Assembly: GCA_963786935.1 (NCBI GenBank)
Contig: CAWBAN010000005.1
Coordinates: 238,642 to 302,641 of the forward strand
Direction: 5' to 3'
Source: an uncultured bacterium
GTDB taxonomy: Bacteria > Krumholzibacteriota > Krumholzibacteriia > Krumholzibacteriales > Krumholzibacteriaceae
Length of the DNA: 64,000 nt
Part shown: in pieces, positions 1 through 9,614 of the stretch
How the letters are laid out: the number at the start of each line of letters is the position of its first letter
How positions within the stretch are numbered: position 1 is the first letter of the stretch
Program-made: the position numbers and the translations under genes
The notes under the pieces: generated by a model
What the model was told of the DNA's origin: nothing
Database searches by the model: none
Seen by the model: the letters and a program-made list of their open reading frames with translations, nothing else

Positions 1-352
1 TCGAAGATCGACGCCTCTCCTCTTCAATTCGCCGAGAAGCCGCAGCATGGGCTTATACTTTCGCCCCCGAAGCGTATACCCCCTCCGGCGCGACCAGCCG
101 CACATTCGGAACAAACGCTTTGTCGCGAACTCAGTCATTTCATTCTCCGCGTTGAAAGGCCATGGCATCAATGCTCTCCAGCAAATGACGTTCCATGCCG
201 GCGGGCAAATCTACCGTATTCCACTGCTCGAGGCAATAAATTATAATTATTACCGCTCAGAATCATTCGAAATGCAAGCAATGAATGATGACGGAAGAAA
301 CAAACGGGCATGGCCGAGAACGCCGGGATACAAGGTATCGGGAATAGCTTGA

Positions 353-369
353 CCGGCATGACACTTGCA
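353..369 (+). promoter_or_regulatory. sigma54 (-24/-12) promoter of the polysaccharide operon
   Basis: CCGGCATGACACTTGCA fits YTGGCACGRNNNTTGCW; GG(355-356)-N10-GC(367-368); GGAGG RBS and ATG 397 follow; AT-rich tract at about 235-250. Confidence 0.7.
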
Positions 370-396
370 TCATATATTTGCCGGGGAGGTATTTGA

Positions 397-2175
397 ATGA
401 AAAGGATCTTGTTAGTACAACTCCTTGTGATGATTGGTCTTGGCGCCAGCGTCCCTCTGGGGGCGGCGAATTACTTTCTATCCCCGTCGGGGGACGATGC
501 GCGGAGCGGTCTTTCGACCACGCTTGCTTGGGCGACGCTCGCGAAGGCCAAAACGACTATGGTCGCGGGCGATACTCTGTTCATCATGGGTGGCACCTAC
601 ACCAATGCACAGAGCTTTTATATGGAGAGCGGCATCGCCGGCACCGAGGGGCATCCGATGGTGTTCAAGGCGTATGGAGATTCGAAAGCGATCTTTCAGC
701 ATACCAACAACAACGGAAGGCAAACGAGCAAGTTCTGGTATTTTACGCCCGGTCAGGACTGGGTCGTCATTGATGGTTTCAGCTATCTGAATCCTTCGGA
801 TTCGCTTTACATCAAGCTCGAAGGCCGGGAAGATGCCTCATATATTGTCAGATTCGAGGGCACGGCAAGCAACCGATCGGAGCACATTAAAATAAGAGGG
901 ATCGAGATAGACGGGAATTTCCCGCCACCGGGCGCGACATATAGCGAAGGCGGCCTCATGCGGTACGCCGTCGGGTTCACGTACGGGGCCATGGATACGA
1001 TCGAGAGTTGCTATATACACCATGTGTACCATGCAACGGGAGACATTCCGCCGGGAGACGGGACGGATAGGGCACAGGGAACGGGAGAATCGATATATCT
1101 CATGAGCTGTGAACGATTCCTCATTCGGAATAATACGTTGGGAAAGGCGAACCATGCCCTCGTCGAGGTCTCGCGGCTCGGAACGAACGATCCCGTGAGC
1201 AGATACATAAAGATCATCAATAACATGTGCGAAAATCGGTGGGGCGGGGGGCTCTACTTCGGCCACGGCACCGAATGGAGCCTTATGGAGGGGAATATTG
1301 TGTGCGGTCTTGCCGCGACAACGACAAAGACGAAGTCCGCGTTCGACTGTTCCGGATCGCATCTCGTATTCCGAAAGAATGTCACGTGGGCCTACAACGG
1401 CGCATCAATCGATATAGCTGCGCAACTACTTGTTGGCTATGCCTTTAAGGCAGACTCGAACCTCATTTACAATAACACATTTTTCAACTCCGAGAGCCAC
1501 AATCTATTTATAGGTCCGTTCAACGATGGGGCATACTCATGGGCTGGCGCGAGCACGAATGGTAATATCATCGCGAATAATATATTTTACAAATCGCATG
1601 GCCTCACGACGGACGTTGGGAATAGGTCCGGAGAGTTGAAGCTCTACCTGCACTGGGCTAACAATGAGCATAACTGGATCGCCCCCGACGAGTCACCACC
1701 TCCCTCGCCCGAGTCGACGAATTGGGGAGGAAACAGGTTCTTCAATAATTGCATCCGCAAGTACGCCCAAAAGGGAGATTATGATACTCTCATTATCTAC
1801 GCTGAGGATGCTGACTACGATGCTACTCTGGCTGGCGGCAACAGAATCTACTCTCTCGCTGCAATCCAGTTGGAAGATCCGATTGCATGGCATGACAACA
1901 TAGCGGACAATCCCGAGCTCGTGAGCGAGTACCCGGATTCCTATGGGGTCACTAACGGCTGGTGGCGTTTGAAGCCGGGGAGTCTCTGCATCGATCGGGG
2001 CGCCATAATCAATGATACGACCGGTGCGCATGTAAATTCTCTGTATCCGGGTTACGGCTGGGGCAATCTGAGCTATTCGGATGCGCGCCCCGATATCGGG
2101 GCGTCCGAGTCCAACGGGGAGAACCCCGCGCCGCTCAGCACACCGAGCCAGAACCCCTTGAAACCGGGGAGATAG
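397..2175 (+). CDS. secreted right-handed parallel beta-helix protein (polysaccharide lyase-like)
   Basis: Signal peptide; YFLSPSGDD...AWATL...AGDTLFIMGGTY N-cap; Asn-ladder repeats (IYNNTF, IANNIF); C-terminal L..GS.CID.G...PDIGA.E. Confidence 0.75.
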   Translation: MKRILLVQLLVMIGLGASVPLGAANYFLSPSGDDARSGLSTTLAWATLAKAKTTMVAGDTLFIMGGTYTNAQSFYMESGIAGTEGHPMVFKAYGDSKAIFQHTNNNGRQTSKFWYFTPGQDWVVIDGFSYLNPSDSLYIKLEGREDASYIVRFEGTASNRSEHIKIRGIEIDGNFPPPGATYSEGGLMRYAVGFTYGAMDTIESCYIHHVYHATGDIPPGDGTDRAQGTGESIYLMSCERFLIRNNTLGKANHALVEVSRLGTNDPVSRYIKIINNMCENRWGGGLYFGHGTEWSLMEGNIVCGLAATTTKTKSAFDCSGSHLVFRKNVTWAYNGASIDIAAQLLVGYAFKADSNLIYNNTFFNSESHNLFIGPFNDGAYSWAGASTNGNIIANNIFYKSHGLTTDVGNRSGELKLYLHWANNEHNWIAPDESPPPSPESTNWGGNRFFNNCIRKYAQKGDYDTLIIYAEDADYDATLAGGNRIYSLAAIQLEDPIAWHDNIADNPELVSEYPDSYGVTNGWWRLKPGSLCIDRGAIINDTTGAHVNSLYPGYGWGNLSYSDARPDIGASESNGENPAPLSTPSQNPLKPGR

Positions 2176-3311
2176 TGACGCGGGGGGCTTCCACTATCCC
2201 TGTGAACGTGATGCTCGTGACCCCCTGCTTCGGCTACGGGGGTCTCGAGCAGGTGGTTCTGAGCATCGCCGCGCACATCGATCGATCTCTCTTCAATCCT
2301 TCGTTTTGCACGCTCCTTGCGCCGGAACCCGTTCTTTACCGCGAGATGGAACGGCTCGATCTTCCATGCTACGTTCTCGATAAGGGGGAGGGGATCAATG
2401 CCGGTCTGCCTTTCAGATTCGCGGCCGTCATGCGGAGGGAGCGCGTCAGGCTCGTCAACGCGCATGATATCGGAGCGACGCTCTACGCGGCAGCGGCTTC
2501 GAGGCTCGGCGGCGTCCATACGGTCATCCATACGGATCATAGTCAGATCCTGACGAAGAAGAAGCACCGAGCGATCTATAGCTTCGTCATGCGGAACCTC
2601 GTCGATTTTTCGATAGCGGTTTCTTCGGACCTTGAGGAGCACCTCGTGAACGTGCTCGGAGTCTCGAGGAACGCGGTGACGACGATTCCCAACGGGATCG
2701 ACACTGCGCGTTTCTCGGTTAAGGTGGATACATCGCGAATCCGGCGGGAGCTCGGGATCGGCGCTGGCGAGCGGATTATCGGCAGCATCGGGAGGCTCAC
2801 GGAGCAAAAGGGCATGGCTCATCTTGTCCGTGCCTTCGCGGCGGTCGCCGCCCGCGACGCAAACACGAGGCTTGTAATCGTGGGGGACGGTGAGCTGCGC
2901 TTGGAGCTCGAGCGGCTGTGCAGGGGGCTCGGCGTTCGCGAGAAGGTCGTTTTCACGGGGATCCGCACGGACGTGCCGGTTCTCCTCAACCTATTCGACG
3001 TATTCGTGATTGCGTCGCTTTGGGAAGGGCAGCCTATCGCGATCATGGAGGCGATGGCGGCCGGGAAGCCCATCGTTGCGACTGAAGTGGGGGGAAATTC
3101 GGAGATACTCGCCGGCGGGAAATACGGGCTCCTCGTTTCCGCGGGAGATGCGGAGGCCCTTGCGGCTTCCATGGCACGCCTTCTCTTCGACAAATCGCTG
3201 GCCTTGAAGTTCGCGGGCGAGGCGCGGGCCTTTGCCCTCCGAGAGCTCGGTGCTCCCGCGATGGTCAGGAAGTATGAACGGGTGTTCGCGGAGAATCTGG
3301 CGCGTCGATAG
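2175..3311 (+). CDS. glycosyltransferase family 4
   Basis: GGLE, IPNGID, GRL..QKG, S..EG...AIMEAMAAGKPIVAT. Confidence 0.92.
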   Translation: MTRGASTIPVNVMLVTPCFGYGGLEQVVLSIAAHIDRSLFNPSFCTLLAPEPVLYREMERLDLPCYVLDKGEGINAGLPFRFAAVMRRERVRLVNAHDIGATLYAAAASRLGGVHTVIHTDHSQILTKKKHRAIYSFVMRNLVDFSIAVSSDLEEHLVNVLGVSRNAVTTIPNGIDTARFSVKVDTSRIRRELGIGAGERIIGSIGRLTEQKGMAHLVRAFAAVAARDANTRLVIVGDGELRLELERLCRGLGVREKVVFTGIRTDVPVLLNLFDVFVIASLWEGQPIAIMEAMAAGKPIVATEVGGNSEILAGGKYGLLVSAGDAEALAASMARLLFDKSLALKFAGEARAFALRELGAPAMVRKYERVFAENLARR

Positions 3312-3397
3312 AAAAAATTGTGTGAGTTGACGCAGATTAAATCTAGACTGCGTACAGCGGGCGGGGTGGAGGGTTCACCGGCCGCGTGGTCGTCGGA

Positions 3398-4490
3398 ATG
3401 GAGCGCATGCCGCAGATGGATTCTCTCGGAATAAGACTCAATGCAATAGGTATCCGCATTCGATCGGACGACGCCGATTTTCTGCGATATGCGAGAGCCC
3501 ATTTCGCCCCGGTCCTCGTCGAAGAAGCGGGAGATCCTTCCCTTGAAGTGACGTTCGCCCGGAAGCGGTCGGGGGAGGGCGAACGGGATGCCCCCGCGGG
3601 ATGCCGGAAGGTCGGGAGGGATCTTTTCGTCGGCAAGAACAGGGTCGTATGGCGGTCGGTGCCCTACATTCCGGGTCTTGCGCTCGCGTTGAATCTGACG
3701 GCCGAGAAGCTCTCGGTCGATGCCTCGCACCGCCCTCACCTGACCCCCCGCTCGCGGCTGCGATCGGCGGTTTCCGCTCTTTCGGGGGGGGGGAGGCCTC
3801 AGGAATCAATTCTTTTTCGAGCTCTTGTATTGGATCGTCTATTATCCGGCGTTCTGGCTCCTTCGACGAAGGGGCGTTCAGGTGCTGCACGGGGGTGGAA
3901 TCGAAATCGACGGGTGCGGCGTCGTCATCGCCGGGGCCCAGGGAACGGGGAAATCGACGCTCATCGCACACCTCCTGCCCGAGGCGGGCGTTCTATTCCT
4001 CTCGGATAACATGGTGCTTTTCGATGAGCGAGCGGTCTTTTCCTGCCACGAGCCGGTGCGGTTCGAGGAACGGCTCCTTTCGGAGGTCCCGGGTCTTCGC
4101 GGATGCGTTCAGCGAATCAACCTGCGAGTGCCTCTCGGCCGGGTCGCATTCACGATAGCCCGGGAGCGCTCGATCGACTCGATGAAAGCGTCGGTTTGCA
4201 TCGTGCCGGAGATGTCGTGCGGCGAAACGGGCGTGCGCGCCGTGACGAAGGAAGAGATCATCGAGAAGGTCGCGACGTTCAATACCCTTGCCGACGAGGT
4301 ACGGATGTTCGATGTCTTCGAAGCGGCTTTATCTCCGCTCGCGCACTCAACGGGAAGTTCTCTCCCCGGGACGGCGGCGCTCGACGCGCTCCTGAGCCGC
4401 GCGCGGTGCTTCGTCATGAACATCCGGCAGGGGGAAGACCCGCGCGACACGATGCGGACGATTCTCGGGATTGTCCGCGGGTCGCGTTGA
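3398..4490 (+). CDS. HPr kinase-like P-loop protein, frameshifted at G10 tract 3784-3793 (start uncertain)
   Basis: Joins ORFs 3386-4009 and 3825-4490; LHGGGI, Walker A GAQGTGKST, FLSDN; removing one G gives a single ORF. Confidence 0.7.
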
Positions 4491-4507
4491 ACCCGGGTTT
4501 ACCTGAT

Positions 4508-5938
4508 ATGACGAATGAAAAGATAACGCTCCTTTCCGATGAGCCTCTCGATCCGCAGGGCGACCTCGCCCGCAGCATCGAGGCGATCGGCGCCATACCC
4601 GACGTGCAACGCGTCGTTGGAATGGTCGATCTCCACTTCAAGGCGCGGACGGAAAATCCCTCCAGCATCGCCGTCGCGACGAAGGAGTGTATCATCCCCA
4701 AGCTCTCGAGCGTCGCGCAGAACTGCGGCATGGCGCTCGCGCGGACGTCAGCGCGTCGCGACGATTTCGACGACGCGCGGCTCGGGCGCTTTTTCGATCG
4801 TCTCCGGAGCGATGACGACCGCATCATGCGGCGCCCCGATCTGAGCATCGAGGACATGCGGCGCATCGTGGAACTCGGCGCCCGCGCCATTCTCCGGCGG
4901 TACGATTTCCCCGAGAGCATTCTCGAAAATTTCGAGTACGGCGGCACGATGGGAGAGTCGGAAACGCCGAGGGGGAGCGCGCTCGGGCGCCTCGTGCCGA
5001 CCTTTACGCTCGAGCGGGGGCGTCACGGTTTCGGCGTCATCCCCGCAGGGAACCATTTTCTCGAGATGCAGTCGGTGAGCGAGGTCATCGACGGCGCCCG
5101 ATGCGAACGGTACGGTCTCGTCGAAGGCGTCGTCACATTCATGCTCCATTCGGACGGCGGGCTCGTCGCGGATGATATCGGCAATCTCTACGGGAATCGC
5201 ACGACCACAACGGGTTCGACCAAGGCCTTCTACGCGCTGAGAAAGTTCCTTTTCCATCTCGCCGACGCGCGGAGCCTCGCGAACTGGAACGAGAAATGGG
5301 CGTACTACTTCGGCGCCGATCGTTACCTCACGATCTCTCCGGAGACCGCCGAGGGGAAACGGTATCTCGCGGCGAAACGGCTCGCGATGAATGCGGGGTA
5401 CGCATGCCGTCTTGAGACGATCGGAAGGATTCGAGGGATCGCGGAGAGCGTTTTTGGGCCGCAGGCAGCCGATGTGCGCGTCCTCTGCGATTTTTCCCAT
5501 AACTCGATACTCCCCGAGGATGTCGGAGGTAGTCCCCTCTGGGTGCATCGTCACAATGCGTGCCGGGTTACGCCGGGGCGGCTCGTATTTCTCCCCGGCT
5601 ACAGCTATACCTCTTCCTACGTCTGCATCGGGGGCGCGGGTGCGCCGCGGTTCCTCCATACCATGGATCACGGAGCGGGCAAGACGATCGACCGTTTCAG
5701 GGAAAAGGGGCTCGGGGGGCCGCTCGACGGACCACGGGCCACGAGGAGTTACAGCAACGAATCGAACGAACCGAGAATAGAGCCGCACTATTCGGACGAG
5801 GGCATCGACAAGGTCGTCGAGGTTCTCGCGCGGAACGATATCGTGATCCCGATCGCCCGGCTCACTCCCTTCGCCGGATATCGGTACTATTGGAAAGGGA
5901 GACTTTCGCGGTTCACGCAAGCGGCGCGAAGCCGCTGA
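4508..5938 (+). CDS. divergent RtcB-family (RNA ligase-like) protein
   Basis: RtcB motifs in correct order: VDLH, NCG, GNHFLE, HSD, SHN, VHRH, PG..., DHGAG, C-terminal ARLTP. Confidence 0.85.
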   Translation: MTNEKITLLSDEPLDPQGDLARSIEAIGAIPDVQRVVGMVDLHFKARTENPSSIAVATKECIIPKLSSVAQNCGMALARTSARRDDFDDARLGRFFDRLRSDDDRIMRRPDLSIEDMRRIVELGARAILRRYDFPESILENFEYGGTMGESETPRGSALGRLVPTFTLERGRHGFGVIPAGNHFLEMQSVSEVIDGARCERYGLVEGVVTFMLHSDGGLVADDIGNLYGNRTTTTGSTKAFYALRKFLFHLADARSLANWNEKWAYYFGADRYLTISPETAEGKRYLAAKRLAMNAGYACRLETIGRIRGIAESVFGPQAADVRVLCDFSHNSILPEDVGGSPLWVHRHNACRVTPGRLVFLPGYSYTSSYVCIGGAGAPRFLHTMDHGAGKTIDRFREKGLGGPLDGPRATRSYSNESNEPRIEPHYSDEGIDKVVEVLARNDIVIPIARLTPFAGYRYYWKGRLSRFTQAARSR

Positions 5939-5969
5939 GGGTTGACGAAGCCGGCCGGCACGAAGACCT

Positions 5970-6704
5970 ATGTCCAAGAGCATCTCGATAACGGTAAAGG
6001 ACCCGGAGAAGAGCGTCGGAGATCGGCTTCTTTTCGTGCTCCCCCTGTATTCCGGAACGAGGCGTGTCCTCTTTATCGGGATCGAAGGGGACGCGCTGCG
6101 AGAGGCTCTCGGGAAGCACGGCATCGTGGTGAACCACGCCGCGCTGAACGACGAGGGAGTAATCGACCCCCCGGCTCGCGCGGGCGCGGGCACCGCAGCG
6201 GCGGCTCCCCGCTCCGAGAATGAGCATCGCTTCGATATGGTCATCGCGGGTCGCTTGCCGAAAGGGGGAGCCTCTCGAGAGCGGTTCACGCGGTCGATCC
6301 TCGGCCTTCTTTCCCCGAGGGGGCATTTCGTTCTCATCATCGAGAACCGGTTCGGCTACGCGAGATTCCTCGGCGCCGCGCGGAAATTGCGCGCTCCATA
6401 TTCTCGAACGATTTCGCGGGGGTTGATGTCTTTTCGCGGCGCCGGCGAGGCATTGCATCGGGCGGGATTTCGTTCGGTGGGCGTCTATGCCGCCGTCCCG
6501 GGGCTCGACGCGCCGCTCGTCTTTTTCTCCGTCGATAGACCGAATTCGCTCGAATCCCTTCTGGCCCAGTTTCCCGATTTTGCCCGCAAGAGATCGCGCG
6601 TGGCCCAGGGGATCATCAGCCTGGTCATCCGTACGAACCTGCACCGGCATTTCCTCAACGAGTACGTTTTTGTGACTCGCCCTGAGGCGGAAAGGACCGG
6701 GTGA
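5970..6704 (+). CDS. class I SAM methyltransferase-like protein with degenerate motif I
   Basis: RVLFIG, FDMVIA, LLSPRGHF...ENRFG, L..AGF; no clean DxGxG. Confidence 0.55.
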   Translation: MSKSISITVKDPEKSVGDRLLFVLPLYSGTRRVLFIGIEGDALREALGKHGIVVNHAALNDEGVIDPPARAGAGTAAAAPRSENEHRFDMVIAGRLPKGGASRERFTRSILGLLSPRGHFVLIIENRFGYARFLGAARKLRAPYSRTISRGLMSFRGAGEALHRAGFRSVGVYAAVPGLDAPLVFFSVDRPNSLESLLAQFPDFARKRSRVAQGIISLVIRTNLHRHFLNEYVFVTRPEAERTG

Positions 6705-7714
6705 CGGGGATGCTCTTTTCCCTGAAGGAGACCGTGAGCAACCTGTTCAATGTATCCGATTTGGGTGAGGCGGTTCTCTGCCGCGTCGAGAAGGATGCGC
6801 CGGCGATCATCTATTTCTTCTTCGCGGGGGGGGCGCGGGCGCCGTTTCTCGTCGCGAAGCTCGCGAGCGATTCCGTTCATAACGCCGTCCTGAAGAGCGA
6901 ATACGAAAGCCTCGTGAAGGCAGCCGGGATTGTGCGCGCGGCGAAAGCCGGCGATGTTCCCCGAGCCGATGGCGAGGGTGAGCTGCTCGGGCACTACTAT
7001 TTTTTGCAGGATTTCATTCCGGGGGATGTGATCGACGAAGTGCTCGAGGGGGGCGGAGGCCGCAGGCGGCATCTCGAATCAAAACTGAGTCTGGCATGGA
7101 AATGGCTGATGGATTTTCAAGAGGCGTCGCGAAGCGGCGTCGCCAGAATCTCCGAGTTCGGGTTCGGATCGTTAATCGAGAGATACCGCCGGGCGTACAG
7201 GCTGACGGAGCGGGAAACTATCCGGCTCGCCGAGCTCGAGGGAGCCCTCTCGGCGATGCAAGACCGGACCGTCGAAAACGTCGCGTGCCATGGGGACTTG
7301 TTCCCGGGAAACGTCATTATTCGCGAAGGAAAGGCAGTGGTTATTGATTGGCGTTTTCTCCGGAGTGGCTATCATCCCGTCTTTGACGTCGCGACGTTCA
7401 TGTCGACGTTCCGATCCAAGCGCGATTGGTCGATCGATGCGGAAGACGTCGAAATGTATTTCGACGAGCTCTTGTTCGGGGAGCATTGGGCGGGGAGTCG
7501 ATTCGTCGAATTCGTCTCGTCCGGTTTCGCGCGCGGCGCGGCGATGCCGCGGGACGTGTTTCTTCTCCTTTTCGAACTCGCGCTTCTCGAATGGACGACG
7601 CGGGAATTCGCCGCGGGGGGGCACGTAACGGAGAAGGATGCCGTCTGGCGGCGGCGATTCGTGCATTTTATCGCTCACCGGGATCGTTTCGTTCTCGCCC
7701 GCGCGTTCGAGTAG
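6701..7714 (+). CDS. aminoglycoside/choline phosphotransferase-family kinase
   Basis: VAK Lys, Brenner motif HGDLFPGN, IDW, PVFD. Confidence 0.85.
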   Translation: MTGMLFSLKETVSNLFNVSDLGEAVLCRVEKDAPAIIYFFFAGGARAPFLVAKLASDSVHNAVLKSEYESLVKAAGIVRAAKAGDVPRADGEGELLGHYYFLQDFIPGDVIDEVLEGGGGRRRHLESKLSLAWKWLMDFQEASRSGVARISEFGFGSLIERYRRAYRLTERETIRLAELEGALSAMQDRTVENVACHGDLFPGNVIIREGKAVVIDWRFLRSGYHPVFDVATFMSTFRSKRDWSIDAEDVEMYFDELLFGEHWAGSRFVEFVSSGFARGAAMPRDVFLLLFELALLEWTTREFAAGGHVTEKDAVWRRRFVHFIAHRDRFVLARAFE

Positions 7715-7741
7715 CGGTACGGGCTTTTGGAGGATGCGCGC

Positions 7742-9607
7742 ATGTGCGGCTTGTTCGGCATCATCAATCTTGATCGGCGCCCCATCGACCTCGGGGAAGC
7801 GAAGCGCATGCTATCGATCATCGATCACCGGGGGCCGAACGGCTCGGGATACTACCACAAGGATCACGTGTTTCTCGGTCACACGCGGTTGAGCATCATC
7901 GATCTCGAGGGAGGCTCTCAGCCGATCTACAGCGAGGACGGGCGATACCTCGTCATCTTCAACGGTGAGATTTACAACCACGAAGAGCTTCGGCCCGCGC
8001 TCATCGCCAAGGGGCACCGTTTCAAGACGCGCTCGGACACGGAGGTTCTTGTTCATCTCTTCGAGGAAGAGGGCGAGAAGTTTCTGCACAAGCTCTTGGG
8101 GATGTTTGCGTTCGCTGTTTTCGACACGAAAACGGAATCGCTCTTTCTCGCCCGGGACCGCATCGGCATCAAGCCGCTCTACTATGCCTGCAACGGGAAG
8201 AGCTTCATCTTCTCATCCGAGATGAAGGCGATTATCAAGTCCGGTCTCATCCCGCTCGAGATCAGCGACCGCGTCGTCTGTCAGTTTCTCACGCTTCACC
8301 ATTCGATTCCTCCCGACACGCTCATAAACGGCGTCACGTCCCTCATGCCGGGGCATTACCTCTCCGTGAAGGGTTCGCCCGGGCCGCAGGTCCCCTACTG
8401 GGATATCGAATCGAACGAGGGCGCGGAGCTCCTGTCCTGGGACGAATCAATGCTGCGGGTCGAGGATCTTCTCTTCGACGCCGTGAAAAAGCGGCTCATG
8501 AGCGACGTGCCGCTCGGTCTCTTTCTCAGCGGCGGGGTCGATTCGAGTCTCATCGCCGTTCTCATGCACCGGATCGTCGGCAGCGGCGTCAAGACGTTCT
8601 CGATCGGTTTCCGGGAAAAGGAATTCAGCGAGTTGCCGTACGCGCGGCGCGTGAGTCGCCTGATCGACTCCGACCATGTCGAAATCGTCGTAACGGCGAA
8701 GGACATGATGGAGAGCATCGAGCGCGTCGTTTGGTTCCGCGAGACGCCGATATCGGAGGTGTCCGATATCCCGATCCATCTCCTCTGCAAGGCGGCTTCC
8801 GAGAAAGTGACGGTCGTGCTCACGGGGGAAGGCGGGGACGAAGTTTTCGGCGGTTATCGCAAGTACTATTTCGAGAACGTCGCGAAGCGCATGGCTCCCC
8901 TCGCGAACCCGCTCGTACGCGGGCTGTGCCGGAACAGGCTGGCGGACGCGCTCATGCCGCAGCGCATCGGCACGGCGCTCGACCTCCTCCTCGTGAAGGA
9001 ACGCTACCGGCGGTACTATCGATGGTTCAGCTTCTTCCGCGCGGAGGAGCTCGTCCACATGATGCGCGATGACCGCCGCGAGCTCCTGGCCGGCGTGGAA
9101 AACGCTTACGCCGACATCGTGAAGAGGAAGAAATTCCGCTCGAACATCGAGGAGATGCAGTACCTCGATATCAAGGTCTGGCTTCCGGACAATCTCCTGC
9201 TTCGCGCCGACCGCCTCTCGATGGCGAGCGGCCTTGAGGCGCGCGTGCCGTTCCTCGATCATCGCCTCGTCGAGCTGAGCTATCTCCTTCCGACGCGCTT
9301 CAAGGTGCACGGCGCGACGGGAAAATATATCATCAAGAAGATCGCGGAAAAACACATCGACCACGATATTATATACCGGCCGAAGGTCGGATTCGAAGTC
9401 CCCGTGGGACAGTGGTTCCGGACCGATCTCAAGGACTACCTCGTCTCGCGCCTCATGCGGGACGATTCTTTCTGCGCGGAATTCCTCACGCGGAAGAGCA
9501 TCGAGAAGCTCGTCGCTGAACACGTCGAAGGGCGCAGGGACCACCACAAGAAGCTATGGATGCTCTTGAACCTCGAACTCTGGCGCGACGGCTTTATCGC
9601 GCGGTGA
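7742..9607 (+). CDS. asnB: asparagine synthase (glutamine-hydrolysing) / polysaccharide amidotransferase
   Basis: MCG N-terminus, HRGP, RLSIID, NGEIYN, LSGGVDSS, GEGGDE, EARVPFLD. Confidence 0.95.
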   Translation: MCGLFGIINLDRRPIDLGEAKRMLSIIDHRGPNGSGYYHKDHVFLGHTRLSIIDLEGGSQPIYSEDGRYLVIFNGEIYNHEELRPALIAKGHRFKTRSDTEVLVHLFEEEGEKFLHKLLGMFAFAVFDTKTESLFLARDRIGIKPLYYACNGKSFIFSSEMKAIIKSGLIPLEISDRVVCQFLTLHHSIPPDTLINGVTSLMPGHYLSVKGSPGPQVPYWDIESNEGAELLSWDESMLRVEDLLFDAVKKRLMSDVPLGLFLSGGVDSSLIAVLMHRIVGSGVKTFSIGFREKEFSELPYARRVSRLIDSDHVEIVVTAKDMMESIERVVWFRETPISEVSDIPIHLLCKAASEKVTVVLTGEGGDEVFGGYRKYYFENVAKRMAPLANPLVRGLCRNRLADALMPQRIGTALDLLLVKERYRRYYRWFSFFRAEELVHMMRDDRRELLAGVENAYADIVKRKKFRSNIEEMQYLDIKVWLPDNLLLRADRLSMASGLEARVPFLDHRLVELSYLLPTRFKVHGATGKYIIKKIAEKHIDHDIIYRPKVGFEVPVGQWFRTDLKDYLVSRLMRDDSFCAEFLTRKSIEKLVAEHVEGRRDHHKKLWMLLNLELWRDGFIAR

Positions 9608-9614
9608 TGTGGCT

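Noticed and set aside
47..359. Short ORFs 47-352 (+) and 168-359 (-)
   Set aside because: No RBS or motifs; the region is better explained as the regulatory region of the operon
3398..9607. Lasso peptide cluster (HPr-like kinase plus AsnB-like cyclase)
   Set aside because: AsnB keeps the MCG glutaminase N-terminus; no PqqD/RRE, B2 protease or precursor is seen; the context is polysaccharide
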